Shown in pieces: positions 35,746 through 45,165 of a stretch of 64,000 nucleotides of DNA (the stretch's first letter is position 1; every line of letters begins with the position of its first letter). The position numbers and the translations under genes are program-made. Below the pieces are notes generated by a model, which searched no databases, was not told where the DNA came from, and worked only from the letters and a program-made list of their open reading frames with translations. The DNA is from a virus. Where the stretch lies: IMG/VR virus record IMGVR_UViG_3300018894_000001, positions 1-64,000 of that record. The stretch is one strand, 5' to 3'.

Positions 35746-36138
35746 TCACCGTGCGGAGAGGACGACCACCGTGGCGGCGTCCAGGGAGAAGGTGAAGAGG
35801 AAGGGGCCCGTGGCTGTCAGGACGCGCACCGAGAGCAGCACCGTAGCCGCCGGCTCGTTGAAGACTGCCGTGGCCGTGGCCTGCTGGATGCGCTCGTCCA
35901 GTTCGGCGCCCTCCTCTGCCTCAGCCTGCAGCTGCGCCAGCACCTCTGGCGTCATCGGCTCGTTGAGGTAGCGGCGCAAGTCGCGGCCCCAGTCGGGGTG
36001 CCACGTGTCGCTACCCTGGGGCGTCTGGTAGATGCGCGCCAACACCTCGGCGAGCACGCGCACGCCGGTGATGGGCAGGAATACCGGGTCCAGGATCGGG
36101 AACGTGCTGACGTCGGTGCCGAAGTCGGGCGCGGCCAT
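35746..36138 (-). CDS. Baseplate wedge protein (gpW / gp25 / Mu gp46-like)
   Basis: 130 aa with ...DWGRDLRRYLNEPMTPEVLAQLQAEAEEGAELDERI, similar to the GPW_gp25 pattern. Confidence 0.5.
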   Translation of the reverse strand: MAAPDFGTDVSTFPILDPVFLPITGVRVLAEVLARIYQTPQGSDTWHPDWGRDLRRYLNEPMTPEVLAQLQAEAEEGAELDERIQQATATAVFNEPAATVLLSVRVLTATGPFLFTFSLDAATVVVLSAR

Positions 36139-36139
36139 G

Positions 36140-36703
36140 TCATCGCCTTTCGAGGTGAAGGGGCGGGCGATACGGGAGGGCCGGGGGCGTCAGCCGCAGG
36201 GCCGGCGGCAGAGGTACGACGCGGAGCGGAGCGCCTGCATCGGCGGTTCCGATTGGATGGCAAGGGCCGAACGAGTAGTGCACCGAGCGCATTGTCCGAT
36301 CCTCTGACTGAGTGCGATCTGGTCGGACGTAGTACCCACCATCCCGCTCCATGACTTGTCTCGGCAGCGTGGCGGTGAGGTGCGGAGTTCCTGAGCAGCC
36401 TCCAGACTCGAAATAGAGATGCGCACTGGGGGCGTATGTCGTGGCGCGGTCGGGATCGAGGCCCCACAGGCGACCATCTGAGTCTGCCAACCGGCCGAAG
36501 TCGTCTGTCGGAACTTCACGTCCTTCGGCATCCACGTAGACAAAGCCCCCGCGCGAGCCACCGGCGGGGCCTGGGGGACCAGCTTCTCCGCGCGGCCCTT
36601 GAGGACCGGGCGGGCCTTGGCGCCCTTCGTTTCCGCCACCAGGCGCAGGCGTTGTGCATCCCATCGCCAAGAGAACCACCACTGCCACTAGTGTCATTCG
36701 CAT
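36140..36703 (-). CDS. Lipoprotein with a collagen-like G-X-Y tract
   Basis: Signal and lipobox MRMTLVAVVVLLAMGC, then GPPGPQGPRGEAGPPGPAG. Confidence 0.6.
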   Translation of the reverse strand: MRMTLVAVVVLLAMGCTTPAPGGGNEGRQGPPGPQGPRGEAGPPGPAGGSRGGFVYVDAEGREVPTDDFGRLADSDGRLWGLDPDRATTYAPSAHLYFESGGCSGTPHLTATLPRQVMERDGGYYVRPDRTQSEDRTMRSVHYSFGPCHPIGTADAGAPLRVVPLPPALRLTPPALPYRPPLHLERR

Positions 36704-36712
36704 GCGCGGATT

Positions 36713-37342
36713 CTACTTCGTCTTGACGGTGGTTGAGAGGTATCCAGCGCTTCCGCCTTCAAATGCTGTGATGGTGGCAGAGGCTGCGGCAAGCGCAGTG
36801 CCGGCCGTGGCCAGAAACCCGGCTGCTGCCGGAGCGGCGGCGACAAGGGCTGCATCAACTGCGGCGGAACCTATGGCTGTGCCAGCCCCAGAAAGCTGGA
36901 GCGCCAGCGCTGCATGGAAGGTGGCTTCGGCTGCGCGGTAGGACGTCCCAAGCACCAGGGCTTGAGTGGCTGTGGGCCCTCCCAGGCGTAAGTCGGCGGC
37001 GTCCAGCACCACCTGCGGCGCCTTCACCGTGACTTTCACGGAGGCGTCCATCTCCAGTTCCAGCAACCCTTCCCCCTCCCACAGAGCTACTTCGGAGGCG
37101 CCTTCCTCCCCGCCGGAGAAGTACATGCGTACGCGCGTCCCGGGGCCCACCTTCACCTTGATGCCGGGTACCCCGAGCCGGAGCGGCACGCCCTTCTGCG
37201 GGCCAACGGCCGGGCTGTCCGGCTTCACCTCGACGCTGCCGTCGCTCGCCTGGGCGACAACCTGGCCTGGGTGCTGGGCGTACCAGAGCAGCGAGCCCAC
37301 GGTGTTGCGAATGAACTCCCTGAGAGCAGGGCCGAAGCTCAT
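36713..37342 (-). CDS. Baseplate spike/assembly protein (gpV / Mu gp45-like), tentative
   Basis: Position in the baseplate operon, size, and an Ala/Gly-rich C-terminus. Confidence 0.45.
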   Translation of the reverse strand: MSFGPALREFIRNTVGSLLWYAQHPGQVVAQASDGSVEVKPDSPAVGPQKGVPLRLGVPGIKVKVGPGTRVRMYFSGGEEGASEVALWEGEGLLELEMDASVKVTVKAPQVVLDAADLRLGGPTATQALVLGTSYRAAEATFHAALALQLSGAGTAIGSAAVDAALVAAAPAAAGFLATAGTALAAASATITAFEGGSAGYLSTTVKTK

Positions 37343-38007
37343 AGCGTTTCCTCGAAGGTGACGGCCGTCCGCATCTCGTCCGGCCCGAAGTGGTGGGCGA
37401 CGTGCCCCACAGGGCGCCCGAAGAGTACTTGGCCGGGCAGCACGGAAGGAGCATCCGAGGCCAGCCACACCGCGCGTTGCTGCGGCATCTCCTCCAGCAC
37501 CTCGTAGGTGCCCGCCGCCGCGCGCCAGCGCTCCGGGCCCAGCCACACCGCGCCGGAGGGCAGCACGCGCCAGGACTGCCCCGCCCGCGAGGCGAGCGCC
37601 TCGAGGCTGCGCGCCGCGGTGCCGGCCATGCGCGCCCAGCGCTGGAGGAAGACGCCGAGGGCGCCCGCGTCAGTCTCCTGGGCCAGCACCTCCCCGGCGT
37701 CGGAGATGAGCGCGCGCAGGGGCACGGACAGCGGCACGTTGTGGTAGCCCGCGGCGCCCACGGTGCGGCGGAGCCCGCCGGCACCACCCACAAGGCGCAC
37801 CTGGGCGGACTCGCGGACGGCGCCGGTGCCCGGCGCTAGGACGGTGCCAACCAGCCGCAGGGCCCCACCAGCCAGCACCAGATCCACACGGCCCGATGGA
37901 ACTGCCGCCGTGTCCAGGCGCACGTCCGCCGCCCACGCTCCGATGCGCGGCAGGTGAATGGCTCCGGAGAGCGCGGCCGTGCCTGCGACGGTGCACCAGG
38001 CGCTCAC
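37339..38007 (-). CDS. Tail/baseplate hypothetical protein
   Basis: Lies between the tape measure and baseplate genes; ATGA overlaps. Confidence 0.5.
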   Translation of the reverse strand: MSAWCTVAGTAALSGAIHLPRIGAWAADVRLDTAAVPSGRVDLVLAGGALRLVGTVLAPGTGAVRESAQVRLVGGAGGLRRTVGAAGYHNVPLSVPLRALISDAGEVLAQETDAGALGVFLQRWARMAGTAARSLEALASRAGQSWRVLPSGAVWLGPERWRAAAGTYEVLEEMPQQRAVWLASDAPSVLPGQVLFGRPVGHVAHHFGPDEMRTAVTFEETL

Positions 38008-38750
38008 GGCTTGTTGTCCGTGGACGAGGGTGGCGGGCGCACGGTGAGTTCCGGGGCCAGGCGAATGCTGCCCAGGCCGGAGTCGGTGGCTCCTGCGGTG
38101 GACGTGGTGACGGCTGCCGCCCGCTTCGCGGTGAAACGCGTCCCCTTCAGCGTCACCTCGTACAGCCCGTTGCGCACCTTGCGCGGAGACGTCAACTCCT
38201 CCATGTGCAACTGACGGATGTCCGCCCCCGCCAACGCTGGGTGGTACACGGAGACGGGGGCCAGGGCCCGCTTCCTGGCAGCCTCCGAGCGCGAACTCGC
38301 CGCCGTCGAAGAGATCGTTACCAGCAGCCCGAGGCCTTCAGCCACTGCCTGGGCGGGCTGGTTCACCAGCAGCTCTTGCTCGAGCGCGGCGGTGTAGCTG
38401 TAGGCGTTGCCGAACGTCGTCTTGACGAAGAAGTTCTGCGGGATGCCGTTGGCGTCGCTGGCCGCGCCGGAGCTGGGCTTCGCTGGAAGTTTCGGCTGCA
38501 CGAGCGGTACGAGCACGCGCGTATAGAAGGTCCAGTGCTCCTCCAGCCACATCTCCAGACGGATGGTAACGTCACAAGGACGCTCGCCGGTGTCCGTCAC
38601 CGTGGCGCCGTTGACGCCGGGCGCTGACTTCACGTCGCGGCGCCGCCCCAGCTTGAAGTCCACCTGCACCGGCCCGGAGAACGTCTCTCCGGCGATCACC
38701 AGCCTGTCCCACGTCTCGGGCGACGTCGCCCAGCTCGGACTGCTGCCCAT
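38004..38750 (-). CDS. Tail hypothetical protein
   Basis: Immediately downstream of the tape measure gene. Confidence 0.5.
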   Translation of the reverse strand: MGSSPSWATSPETWDRLVIAGETFSGPVQVDFKLGRRRDVKSAPGVNGATVTDTGERPCDVTIRLEMWLEEHWTFYTRVLVPLVQPKLPAKPSSGAASDANGIPQNFFVKTTFGNAYSYTAALEQELLVNQPAQAVAEGLGLLVTISSTAASSRSEAARKRALAPVSVYHPALAGADIRQLHMEELTSPRKVRNGLYEVTLKGTRFTAKRAAAVTTSTAGATDSGLGSIRLAPELTVRPPPSSTDNKP

Positions 38751-38753
38751 GGC

Positions 38754-40685
38754 CTACCCTCCCACCTGGACGGACTCCAGGGTGATGACCTGGCCGAGCG
38801 CCGCGGGGAGCTCGCGGAGCAGGAAGTCACGGAGCCGGGGCCCGAAGTCCTCGACGTCCTCGCCAGCACCGGCCATCACCTGCAGCGGTATCGTCAGGTG
38901 AATGGTGTTGCCGCCCATGCGCGCGCCGCCTGTTGGAGCGCCCGAGGCGTCCAGCTCGGCGCCGTCCGCGGCCCCCACCATGCGGTCCACGGCCGCTTCC
39001 GCCCCCGGGATTCCCGACTCCAGGCCCAGCGCCCAACCCTCGGTGGCCCAGGCCCCGTACCGAGCGAAGAGCCGGCTTGGGGAGTGCGTCTCCGTGCCCG
39101 CTTCGTACCCGCCCTTGATGGCGGCCACCATCAGGTCAGTGGCATTCACCGGCCCCGTCAGCGTCTGCAGAATGCCGTCCTTGAGCCCGGCCGTCAGGGA
39201 CGCCCCCCAGGAGAAGCCCTGCTGCGAGGCGCTCGCCGGGTCCAGCACCGGCTTGGCGCCACCTCCGAAGAAGTCGGCCACCTTCACCAGGGGCTGGAGG
39301 AGGAAGAGGACGGCATCCGCGAGCCCGAAGATGCGCGTTGCCAGCTCGCCGACACGCGAGCCGATGGCCTCCAAGTCCTTCGGGTTGAGCATGTCGCCGA
39401 GGCTCCCCAGTCCCGCCATTCGTTCCATGCTCTTCATGAGTCCGGAAGCGAAGCCGGCCCCGAAGCCCTTCAACAGCGCCAGGAAGTTGCGAATGGCTGG
39501 GAGTGCGCCTTCCACAGCATCCGCCATGCGCAGAGTCAGACGCTCCATGGTGGCGAGCCCGCCAGCGCTGCCGACATCGCCGAACAGGCCGACCATCACC
39601 GTGTTGTAGATCTTGCCGGCCACCTCCTGCAGTCGCTGCCCCGACTTGCTGCCTGTGTCGAAGAGCTTGACGAGGTTGGAGACGAAGCCCTTGACGGAGT
39701 CGAAGCCCGGCAGCTTCGTCAGGTCCATGCTCATGAAGAAGTCCCCGGGCGCGCTCGCCAGCGTGGACATCAGCCCCTTGAGCGTCTTGGACTGCTCAGC
39801 CATGAGGTTGCCCACGGCACCGCCCGACTTCTGCTCAAGCGCTTTGATGATCCCGAAGATGGCGGAGTCGGCATCCACGCCTCCCGCCTCCTGCAGCTTG
39901 ATGACCTCCGCGCGCGTCTTCCCCATGCGCTTGCCGATCTGGTCGTAGATCGCCATGGTGCCGACGCCCGCCTTCCCAAGCGCCTCGTTGACCTGGAGCA
40001 TCTCCCCGCCCATCAGCCGCCCCTTGGCGCGAATCTGCGCGAAGGCCGTCACCATGCGGTCGATGACTTGCTGGTCGAACCCAGAAGCCGCCGCGGCGTC
40101 GCCGATGGCGGCGAACACCGTGGAGACCTCGGACTCCTTGAAGCCGGCGCCCAGGAGTTGCGTGAAGCCGCCGAGGACGTCACGCGTGTCAAACGGCGTC
40201 TTCTTCGCGAACTCCACCGCCTGGCCGAAGATGCGCTGCGCGCTCGCCTCGGTGCCCGTCATCACGCGGAGCGCGGTCAGCGTTTGCTCCTTGAAGGCGA
40301 TGGCGTCCGTCGCGAACTTCGCACCGGCAACGCCAAGTTCGACGGTCTTCGCGGCGAAGGTGGCAACGCCGCCGATAGCGCGCTGGATGACGCCGGACAT
40401 GATGTCGGTGCCGAGCGTGTAGCCCCCGGCGGCCTTCTCCGCAGCCTTCAGCGCCTGCGCCTGCTCGTGGAGGGCGTGCTTGTTCAACTCCAGCTGGAGC
40501 TTCTGGCGCTTCAGCGGGTCAACCGTCTTCTCCAGCTTCGTCTTCTTCGCCTGGACGTCGAGGTCTTTCAACGCCTTGCCAGCGTCCTCAATGGCGTCGT
40601 TGAGCTTCTCAACGTCCGTCTTCATGGCCTTGGCGGGCCCGGACATCTGGTTGACGAGGCGGAAGAAGTACTCGAGCTTGTCCAC
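38754..40685 (-). CDS. Tail tape measure protein
   Basis: 643 aa, Ala/Gly/Lys-rich and helical. Follows the frameshifting chaperone pair. Confidence 0.8.
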   Translation of the reverse strand: MDKLEYFFRLVNQMSGPAKAMKTDVEKLNDAIEDAGKALKDLDVQAKKTKLEKTVDPLKRQKLQLELNKHALHEQAQALKAAEKAAGGYTLGTDIMSGVIQRAIGGVATFAAKTVELGVAGAKFATDAIAFKEQTLTALRVMTGTEASAQRIFGQAVEFAKKTPFDTRDVLGGFTQLLGAGFKESEVSTVFAAIGDAAAASGFDQQVIDRMVTAFAQIRAKGRLMGGEMLQVNEALGKAGVGTMAIYDQIGKRMGKTRAEVIKLQEAGGVDADSAIFGIIKALEQKSGGAVGNLMAEQSKTLKGLMSTLASAPGDFFMSMDLTKLPGFDSVKGFVSNLVKLFDTGSKSGQRLQEVAGKIYNTVMVGLFGDVGSAGGLATMERLTLRMADAVEGALPAIRNFLALLKGFGAGFASGLMKSMERMAGLGSLGDMLNPKDLEAIGSRVGELATRIFGLADAVLFLLQPLVKVADFFGGGAKPVLDPASASQQGFSWGASLTAGLKDGILQTLTGPVNATDLMVAAIKGGYEAGTETHSPSRLFARYGAWATEGWALGLESGIPGAEAAVDRMVGAADGAELDASGAPTGGARMGGNTIHLTIPLQVMAGAGEDVEDFGPRLRDFLLRELPAALGQVITLESVQVGG

Positions 40686-40688
40686 GGG

Positions 40689-41218
40689 CTACTCCTTCAA
40701 CTTCACCCCTGAGAGGCCAGCGGCCAGCCGCATGAGTGTGTCCAGGTTGCGCAGCCCTCGGGCCAGAAGTAGTCCGCCCACCATTTCGTCGTCCGACGGC
40801 TCTTGCCCGTCCCCGTGCATCGCCAGCAGGAGGTAGCGCGCGGCGGCCGTGTCGCTGCGCCGCGCGCGCTCCAACTTCCGGGCTACAGGTCTTTTTTTTC
40901 GACGTCCTTGTTGTCCAGGCCGTTGAAGGCCATGGCCTCGGCGCCGAAGTTCTGCACCAGCCCGGGGACCGTGCGGAACATCGCCTTCACCTCTTCGGCC
41001 GCCGGGAAGACGGCCGTCGTCTCCAGGAGCCAGCGCTGGCCACCGTGCCGCTTCTGAGCCTCGGCGAACATCGCGGAGAAAGCCTCCCACTCCGCCTCCG
41101 AGGCGCGGCGGAGGATGACGCCATGGCCCATGTGCTGGAGCAGGCGCAGCGCGCCGTGCTCGCGCTTCAGGTCGGCCACCTTCTGCTTCATCTGCTCGCT
41201 GCTCAGGTCGATTTGCAT
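40689..41218 (-). CDS. Tail assembly chaperone frameshift product (gpGT-like), -1 shift at the A8 run
   Basis: The -1 frame stays open from the slippery site to 40689 (RKKRPVARKLER...GVKLKE). Confidence 0.55.
40883..41218 (-). CDS. Tail assembly chaperone (gpG-like)
   Basis: 111 aa located between the tube and tape measure genes. Ends just after the A8 slippery run. Confidence 0.65.
   Translation of the reverse strand: MQIDLSSEQMKQKVADLKREHGALRLLQHMGHGVILRRASEAEWEAFSAMFAEAQKRHGGQRWLLETTAVFPAAEEVKAMFRTVPGLVQNFGAEAMAFNGLDNKDVEKKDL
40892..40899 (-). other. Slippery sequence A AAA AAA A for a programmed -1 frameshift
   Basis: T8 on the plus strand. The zero frame reads GAA AAA AAA GAC CTG TAG. 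Confidence 0.6.
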
Positions 41219-41256
41219 GGTGCGTGTCTCCGCGCGTGGCGCGCGTCAGGCCCAGG

Positions 41257-41721
41257 CTACGGGCGCTTGAATTCCGGGTAGGGAGGGCGGCCGTTGCGGA
41301 CGATGCCCATGACGTGCAGCTCTGCCTTCTGCTTCAAGGCGTCGCTGCCTTGCTGGTGCGAGTCGGTCAACTTCTTCAAGCGTGCGCCGAGGATTTCGTA
41401 CGTCTGGACGATGCTGCCGCGCTTGATCTTGACGACCATGTTGAAGCGCGAGCCGTAGACACCGCCGGGCCGGGCGGCGAGCAGAGAGCAGATGGTGTCC
41501 ATTTGCGGGAGCGGGCACGAGAAGTCCGCCGACGCGCTGTACTCGCCGGGCGTGGTGCCGATGACCTGGGCGGAGTTGCCGCGCACGTCGCCGGGCTCGC
41601 GCCCGTCCTCGAAGTTCAGCTCGTCCAGGCCCACGGGGATGGAGGTGCCTGCGATGTCGATGTTGATCGAGGCGAAGTCGGGATAGTCGCCATTGACGAA
41701 GGGGTAGCTGACGGTGGCCAT
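41257..41721 (-). CDS. Tail tube protein
   Basis: 154 aa, directly downstream of the sheath gene. Confidence 0.6.
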   Translation of the reverse strand: MATVSYPFVNGDYPDFASINIDIAGTSIPVGLDELNFEDGREPGDVRGNSAQVIGTTPGEYSASADFSCPLPQMDTICSLLAARPGGVYGSRFNMVVKIKRGSIVQTYEILGARLKKLTDSHQQGSDALKQKAELHVMGIVRNGRPPYPEFKRP

Positions 41722-41724
41722 GGG

Positions 41725-43194
41725 TTACGCCTCCTGGACGGACGGGGTCTCAAAGCCCAGGTCCACGTCGATGAATTCGGCGTAGCCCAAGGGGCGCACG
41801 CGCGCCTTGATGCGAAGCGTGCTCGTGCTGGTGAGGTTGTCGGTGCGGTTCACCTGCACGCTGACATCGCTGGCCTGCTCGGGCTGGACCAGCACGGAGC
41901 GGAGCCCCGAGGACAGGTTGGACTCGATGCTTCGCGCCTCCTCCTCGAGGATTCGCCCGGCCCCGTCCACTAGAACGCTGTCATTCAGGTACTCCTGCGC
42001 GTCCAGCGACACGCGGCGGGCGGCAACGTCCATGACGCGCCGGTACTCGGTGCGCTGGAAGTCGCTGCCCACGGGGAAGGCGATGCGCCCTCGGGTGAGG
42101 AAGAAGCCGGGACGGCCCACGTGCGTGCGAAGCGTGGTGATACGCGCCTCGTCCAGGCCGGGCGTCACGCGCTCGTCCCGGTACAGGCGGAGGATGCCGC
42201 CCACCGAGCCGCGCTTGATGCGCCCGAGGTGCTCGGCAATCGGCACCAGCGTTGCGCGGGAGACGGACGCGAGCCCGGCGGAGGCCTTGAAGGCCACGCC
42301 CTTCATGCCGCCGCGGTCCAAGGCGGAGACGTAGTCCGCGAACCCTCCGGCAAGCTCAACGCGCGTGCTCGCGAAGGCCGTGGTGCCCGTCTTGATGTTG
42401 CTGTCCGTGTCCTGCGGCAACTCCACGGTGCCGTAGAGGAAGCGGTACGCCAGCGCGGCGGAGTCCATGCGCGCCGCAAGCGACGTCGCGAGCGTGGCAG
42501 CCGCGGAAACGCTCGCGGGCTGCCCCACCAGGTGCACTTTGAAGAAGTTGGCGGGGTCGGCCAGTGCCGCGTCCACGCCCGCCAGGGCCTCGCTGCTGGA
42601 GTAGTAGGGCGCCGTGGTGGTGAAGGTGAAGGCGTCGCCAGTGTTGAGGAAGACGACTCCCGCGTCAGCGCCGTCGGTGAAGGTGAGCGTCAGCCCCGTG
42701 CCAGGCACCACGAAGGTGCCGGAGGTGGGCACCGGGTAGGTGGGAGAGTACGTGGCGGAGTTCGCGTCCACCGCGGCGTAGTCGAGGGAGTAGCGGAAGG
42801 TGGCCGTGCCACCCGCCATGGTGGCGCCGTCGGACATGACCTCCACCCGCACGGAGTAGGCGTCCAGCGCCGCGCCGGAGACGGCCAGCGTCCCCTCGGA
42901 GTCCTTGCCGGTGGGCTCCGTCTTCGTGACGGCCCCCGCGGCGCCCGCCACGGACGAGGGGACGCGCACCACGTAGACGGTGCCGCCCGCCTGGGCCAGG
43001 ACGAAGGCGGCATACTCCGCCAGCGGACCAGACGTCAGCGCCGCCTTGAGCGCCTGGAGGTCGCCGAAGGACTGCAACACGTTGGTGGGCCCGCTGGTGC
43101 AGGCGCCAATCAGCACGGCCACATTCTCGCCGCCCGGGGACACCAGCCCCAGCGCGCCGTCCGTCACTTCGGTTTTCACTCGGGGCAGAGCCAC
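41725..43194 (-). CDS. Contractile tail sheath protein
   Basis: 489 aa with position and composition typical of myovirus sheath proteins. Confidence 0.75.
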   Translation of the reverse strand: MALPRVKTEVTDGALGLVSPGGENVAVLIGACTSGPTNVLQSFGDLQALKAALTSGPLAEYAAFVLAQAGGTVYVVRVPSSVAGAAGAVTKTEPTGKDSEGTLAVSGAALDAYSVRVEVMSDGATMAGGTATFRYSLDYAAVDANSATYSPTYPVPTSGTFVVPGTGLTLTFTDGADAGVVFLNTGDAFTFTTTAPYYSSSEALAGVDAALADPANFFKVHLVGQPASVSAAATLATSLAARMDSAALAYRFLYGTVELPQDTDSNIKTGTTAFASTRVELAGGFADYVSALDRGGMKGVAFKASAGLASVSRATLVPIAEHLGRIKRGSVGGILRLYRDERVTPGLDEARITTLRTHVGRPGFFLTRGRIAFPVGSDFQRTEYRRVMDVAARRVSLDAQEYLNDSVLVDGAGRILEEEARSIESNLSSGLRSVLVQPEQASDVSVQVNRTDNLTSTSTLRIKARVRPLGYAEFIDVDLGFETPSVQEA

Positions 43195-43210
43195 GTTGTA
43201 TCCTCCGGAA

Positions 43211-43714
43211 TCAGGGTGTGTTGCCGCTGGCCAGGGCCAGCTCCGTCTCAGTCGCCACCGCCGCCACCGTCGCCACCGTCTGCGGGCGCGTCACGGGCGC
43301 GTCGAATTCGAATGTCAGCACGTACCAGCGCCCCATCTGCGCCTTGGGCGCGTTGGCGTGCCAACTTCCAGAGTTCAGGCGGTAGCTCCCTCTCAGGGCA
43401 TCCTCGACTGCGAAGATGACGCTGGTAGCCAGCGCCAGGGCGGCGCGCATGTCCTCCTTGGCGGTCCGGATCCGGCCAGCGCCAATGCCCCAGCAGGCCA
43501 CCTCAACCGCCTCCACGCGCGTGTACTTCGCGTGCGGCAGGCCGCGCGACCTGGGCGGCGCGTAGGCATCAGTGCCCGGAAACCACATGACGGTGCCCGG
43601 ACGCAGCCCGGTGGCGGACATGTCTTCAGCACTGGCGCCCACCAAATGCGTGGTGCTCGGCATGGCCGCCTGCACGGCCTCCATGACGTCGATGAAGGCG
43701 GGCATGCTACGCAC
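43211..43714 (-). CDS. Head-tail joining / tail completion protein (hypothetical)
   Basis: Position between the morphogenesis gene and the sheath gene. Confidence 0.45.
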   Translation of the reverse strand: MRSMPAFIDVMEAVQAAMPSTTHLVGASAEDMSATGLRPGTVMWFPGTDAYAPPRSRGLPHAKYTRVEAVEVACWGIGAGRIRTAKEDMRAALALATSVIFAVEDALRGSYRLNSGSWHANAPKAQMGRWYVLTFEFDAPVTRPQTVATVAAVATETELALASGNTP

Positions 43715-44267
43715 CCTCCATCACGGCCTGAATGGTGAGGCGGGCCACGTCGCGGAAGGCGGTCGTCCAGCGATTGCCCAGGCGGTTTCCGACAGGGAGG
43801 AAGGAGCGGCGGGGGATGCGCACCTGCATGACACGCACCCAGCGGAACAGCCCGCGGGTTCGCTTCAGACGCTGGCCCTTCGCCCCGAAGACGACAGTGC
43901 CCACGCGTGCGCGGAACACCAGCCCCTTCGACGTCTTCGCCTTGATGATGCCGCCATAGTTGTGGATGGCGGCGTACTTCACGTTGGTGGACAGGCGGAA
44001 CCCGTCCTGCGTCACCATGGACGGGGCAATGCTCTTGAGCAGCCGGCCCGTGTCCCGAAGCGGCGCGCCGCCGCGGAAGCGGTTCGGCAGCCAGGGCCGG
44101 TCATACGGATCCACCCCGCGCTCGAAGGACTCCACCACCTGGGCGCGCGCCTCCTCGGCGAGCTGGCCATTCAGGCGCGCCAGGAACACGGGCGAGTCGA
44201 GCACGGCAATGCCGTTGAGCAGGCCGCGAAGCCGCTTGATGTCCCCGTACGCTCCGGAGCCGGCCAT
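43707..44267 (-). CDS. Phage virion morphogenesis protein (Mu gpG-like)
   Basis: ...PWLPNRFRGGAPLRDTGRLLKSI....STNVKYAAIHNYGG pattern. Confidence 0.65.
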   Translation of the reverse strand: MAGSGAYGDIKRLRGLLNGIAVLDSPVFLARLNGQLAEEARAQVVESFERGVDPYDRPWLPNRFRGGAPLRDTGRLLKSIAPSMVTQDGFRLSTNVKYAAIHNYGGIIKAKTSKGLVFRARVGTVVFGAKGQRLKRTRGLFRWVRVMQVRIPRRSFLPVGNRLGNRWTTAFRDVARLTIQAVMEGA

Positions 44268-44268
44268 G

Positions 44269-44757
44269 TCACCACCCCCGGGGCCGCGGCGGGCCCACCA
44301 CGTAGCTGTCGCCGTCATCCGAGAGGCGCGGGGAGACCACATAGCCGCCCACCGGCGTGTTCTTGGAGCCGTCGTCGTCCGGAACGGGCTGGGAGGAGTC
44401 GTCCGCGTCTGGCGTCACCGTGCCATCCGCAACCTTGTCCAGCCACTTCTCAACCAACGCAACGCGCTTGTCGAGCTGGGTGGAGTCATCGCCCTGGTTG
44501 GCGGGATTGAAGCCGCGGCCCGAGAGCAAGTCATGTGCGGCGATGAAGCACACCGCGCGCGTGATGGCCGACCCGGCCCGCACCAGCGGCAGCGTGAAGC
44601 GCTTGGCCAAGTAGCTGTCCACGTGCCCGCACGCCGCCTCAAGTCCTGCCTCAATCTGCGAGTCCGTGAGGTTCAGCTCCGGGTTGGAGTGGCCACGAAA
44701 CGCCGCTTCGGGGGCGCCGATGTTGAAGAGGTCTGCGAGGGTGGCGTAACGGGCCAT
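44269..44757 (-). CDS. Mu gp36-like protein (DUF1320)
   Basis: N-terminus MARYATLADL...IEAGLEAACGHVDSYLAKRFTLPL is typical of DUF1320. Confidence 0.65.
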   Translation of the reverse strand: MARYATLADLFNIGAPEAAFRGHSNPELNLTDSQIEAGLEAACGHVDSYLAKRFTLPLVRAGSAITRAVCFIAAHDLLSGRGFNPANQGDDSTQLDKRVALVEKWLDKVADGTVTPDADDSSQPVPDDDGSKNTPVGGYVVSPRLSDDGDSYVVGPPRPRGW

Positions 44758-44767
44758 GGCTCAGGTG

Positions 44768-45130
44768 CTACTTCTTCGGCTGCTCGTTGGACTTCGCGGC
44801 CTTCGCCTTGCGGTGGTTCTCCACCAGGGCGCGCTCCTCGTCAGAGAGCACCATGGCACCAGGAACGACCTGGGCGGCCGCCTGCTCCGGCGTCATGACG
44901 GACAGCGTGTGCCGCTCGGACCGGAGTTCGGACAGCTGCGCCTCGGTGATGAAGCGCCGGGCCTCGCCTGCCTGGCGCGCGGCCTTCTGCGCCTCGTCCT
45001 TCGCCTTGCTGTCCGCCACCACCTCCACATGGGTGGTGCCGTTCGGCCAGAACTCGCTCGCGCTGAAGTACCCGTTAAAGCTCTGGCGCGGGGCCACGTT
45101 CACCACCGCGCGCTTCGTCGTATCGCTCAT
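44768..45130 (-). CDS. Hypothetical head-module protein
   Basis: Downstream of the major capsid gene. Confidence 0.5.
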   Translation of the reverse strand: MSDTTKRAVVNVAPRQSFNGYFSASEFWPNGTTHVEVVADSKAKDEAQKAARQAGEARRFITEAQLSELRSERHTLSVMTPEQAAAQVVPGAMVLSDEERALVENHRKAKAAKSNEQPKK

Positions 45131-45165
45131 GTCGTTGTCCTCGTGTGCTTGTTTCGGGACGTGGC

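Noticed and set aside
38898-40712. 604-aa plus-strand ORF
   Set aside because: It lies antisense to the tape measure gene, which fits the tail gene order. It is Arg/Leu/Gly-rich with no motifs.
40892-40899. T8 run considered as a terminator U-tract
   Set aside because: No preceding stem-loop is present. On the coding (minus) strand it is an A8 slippery site at the end of the gpG-like ORF, with an open -1 frame.
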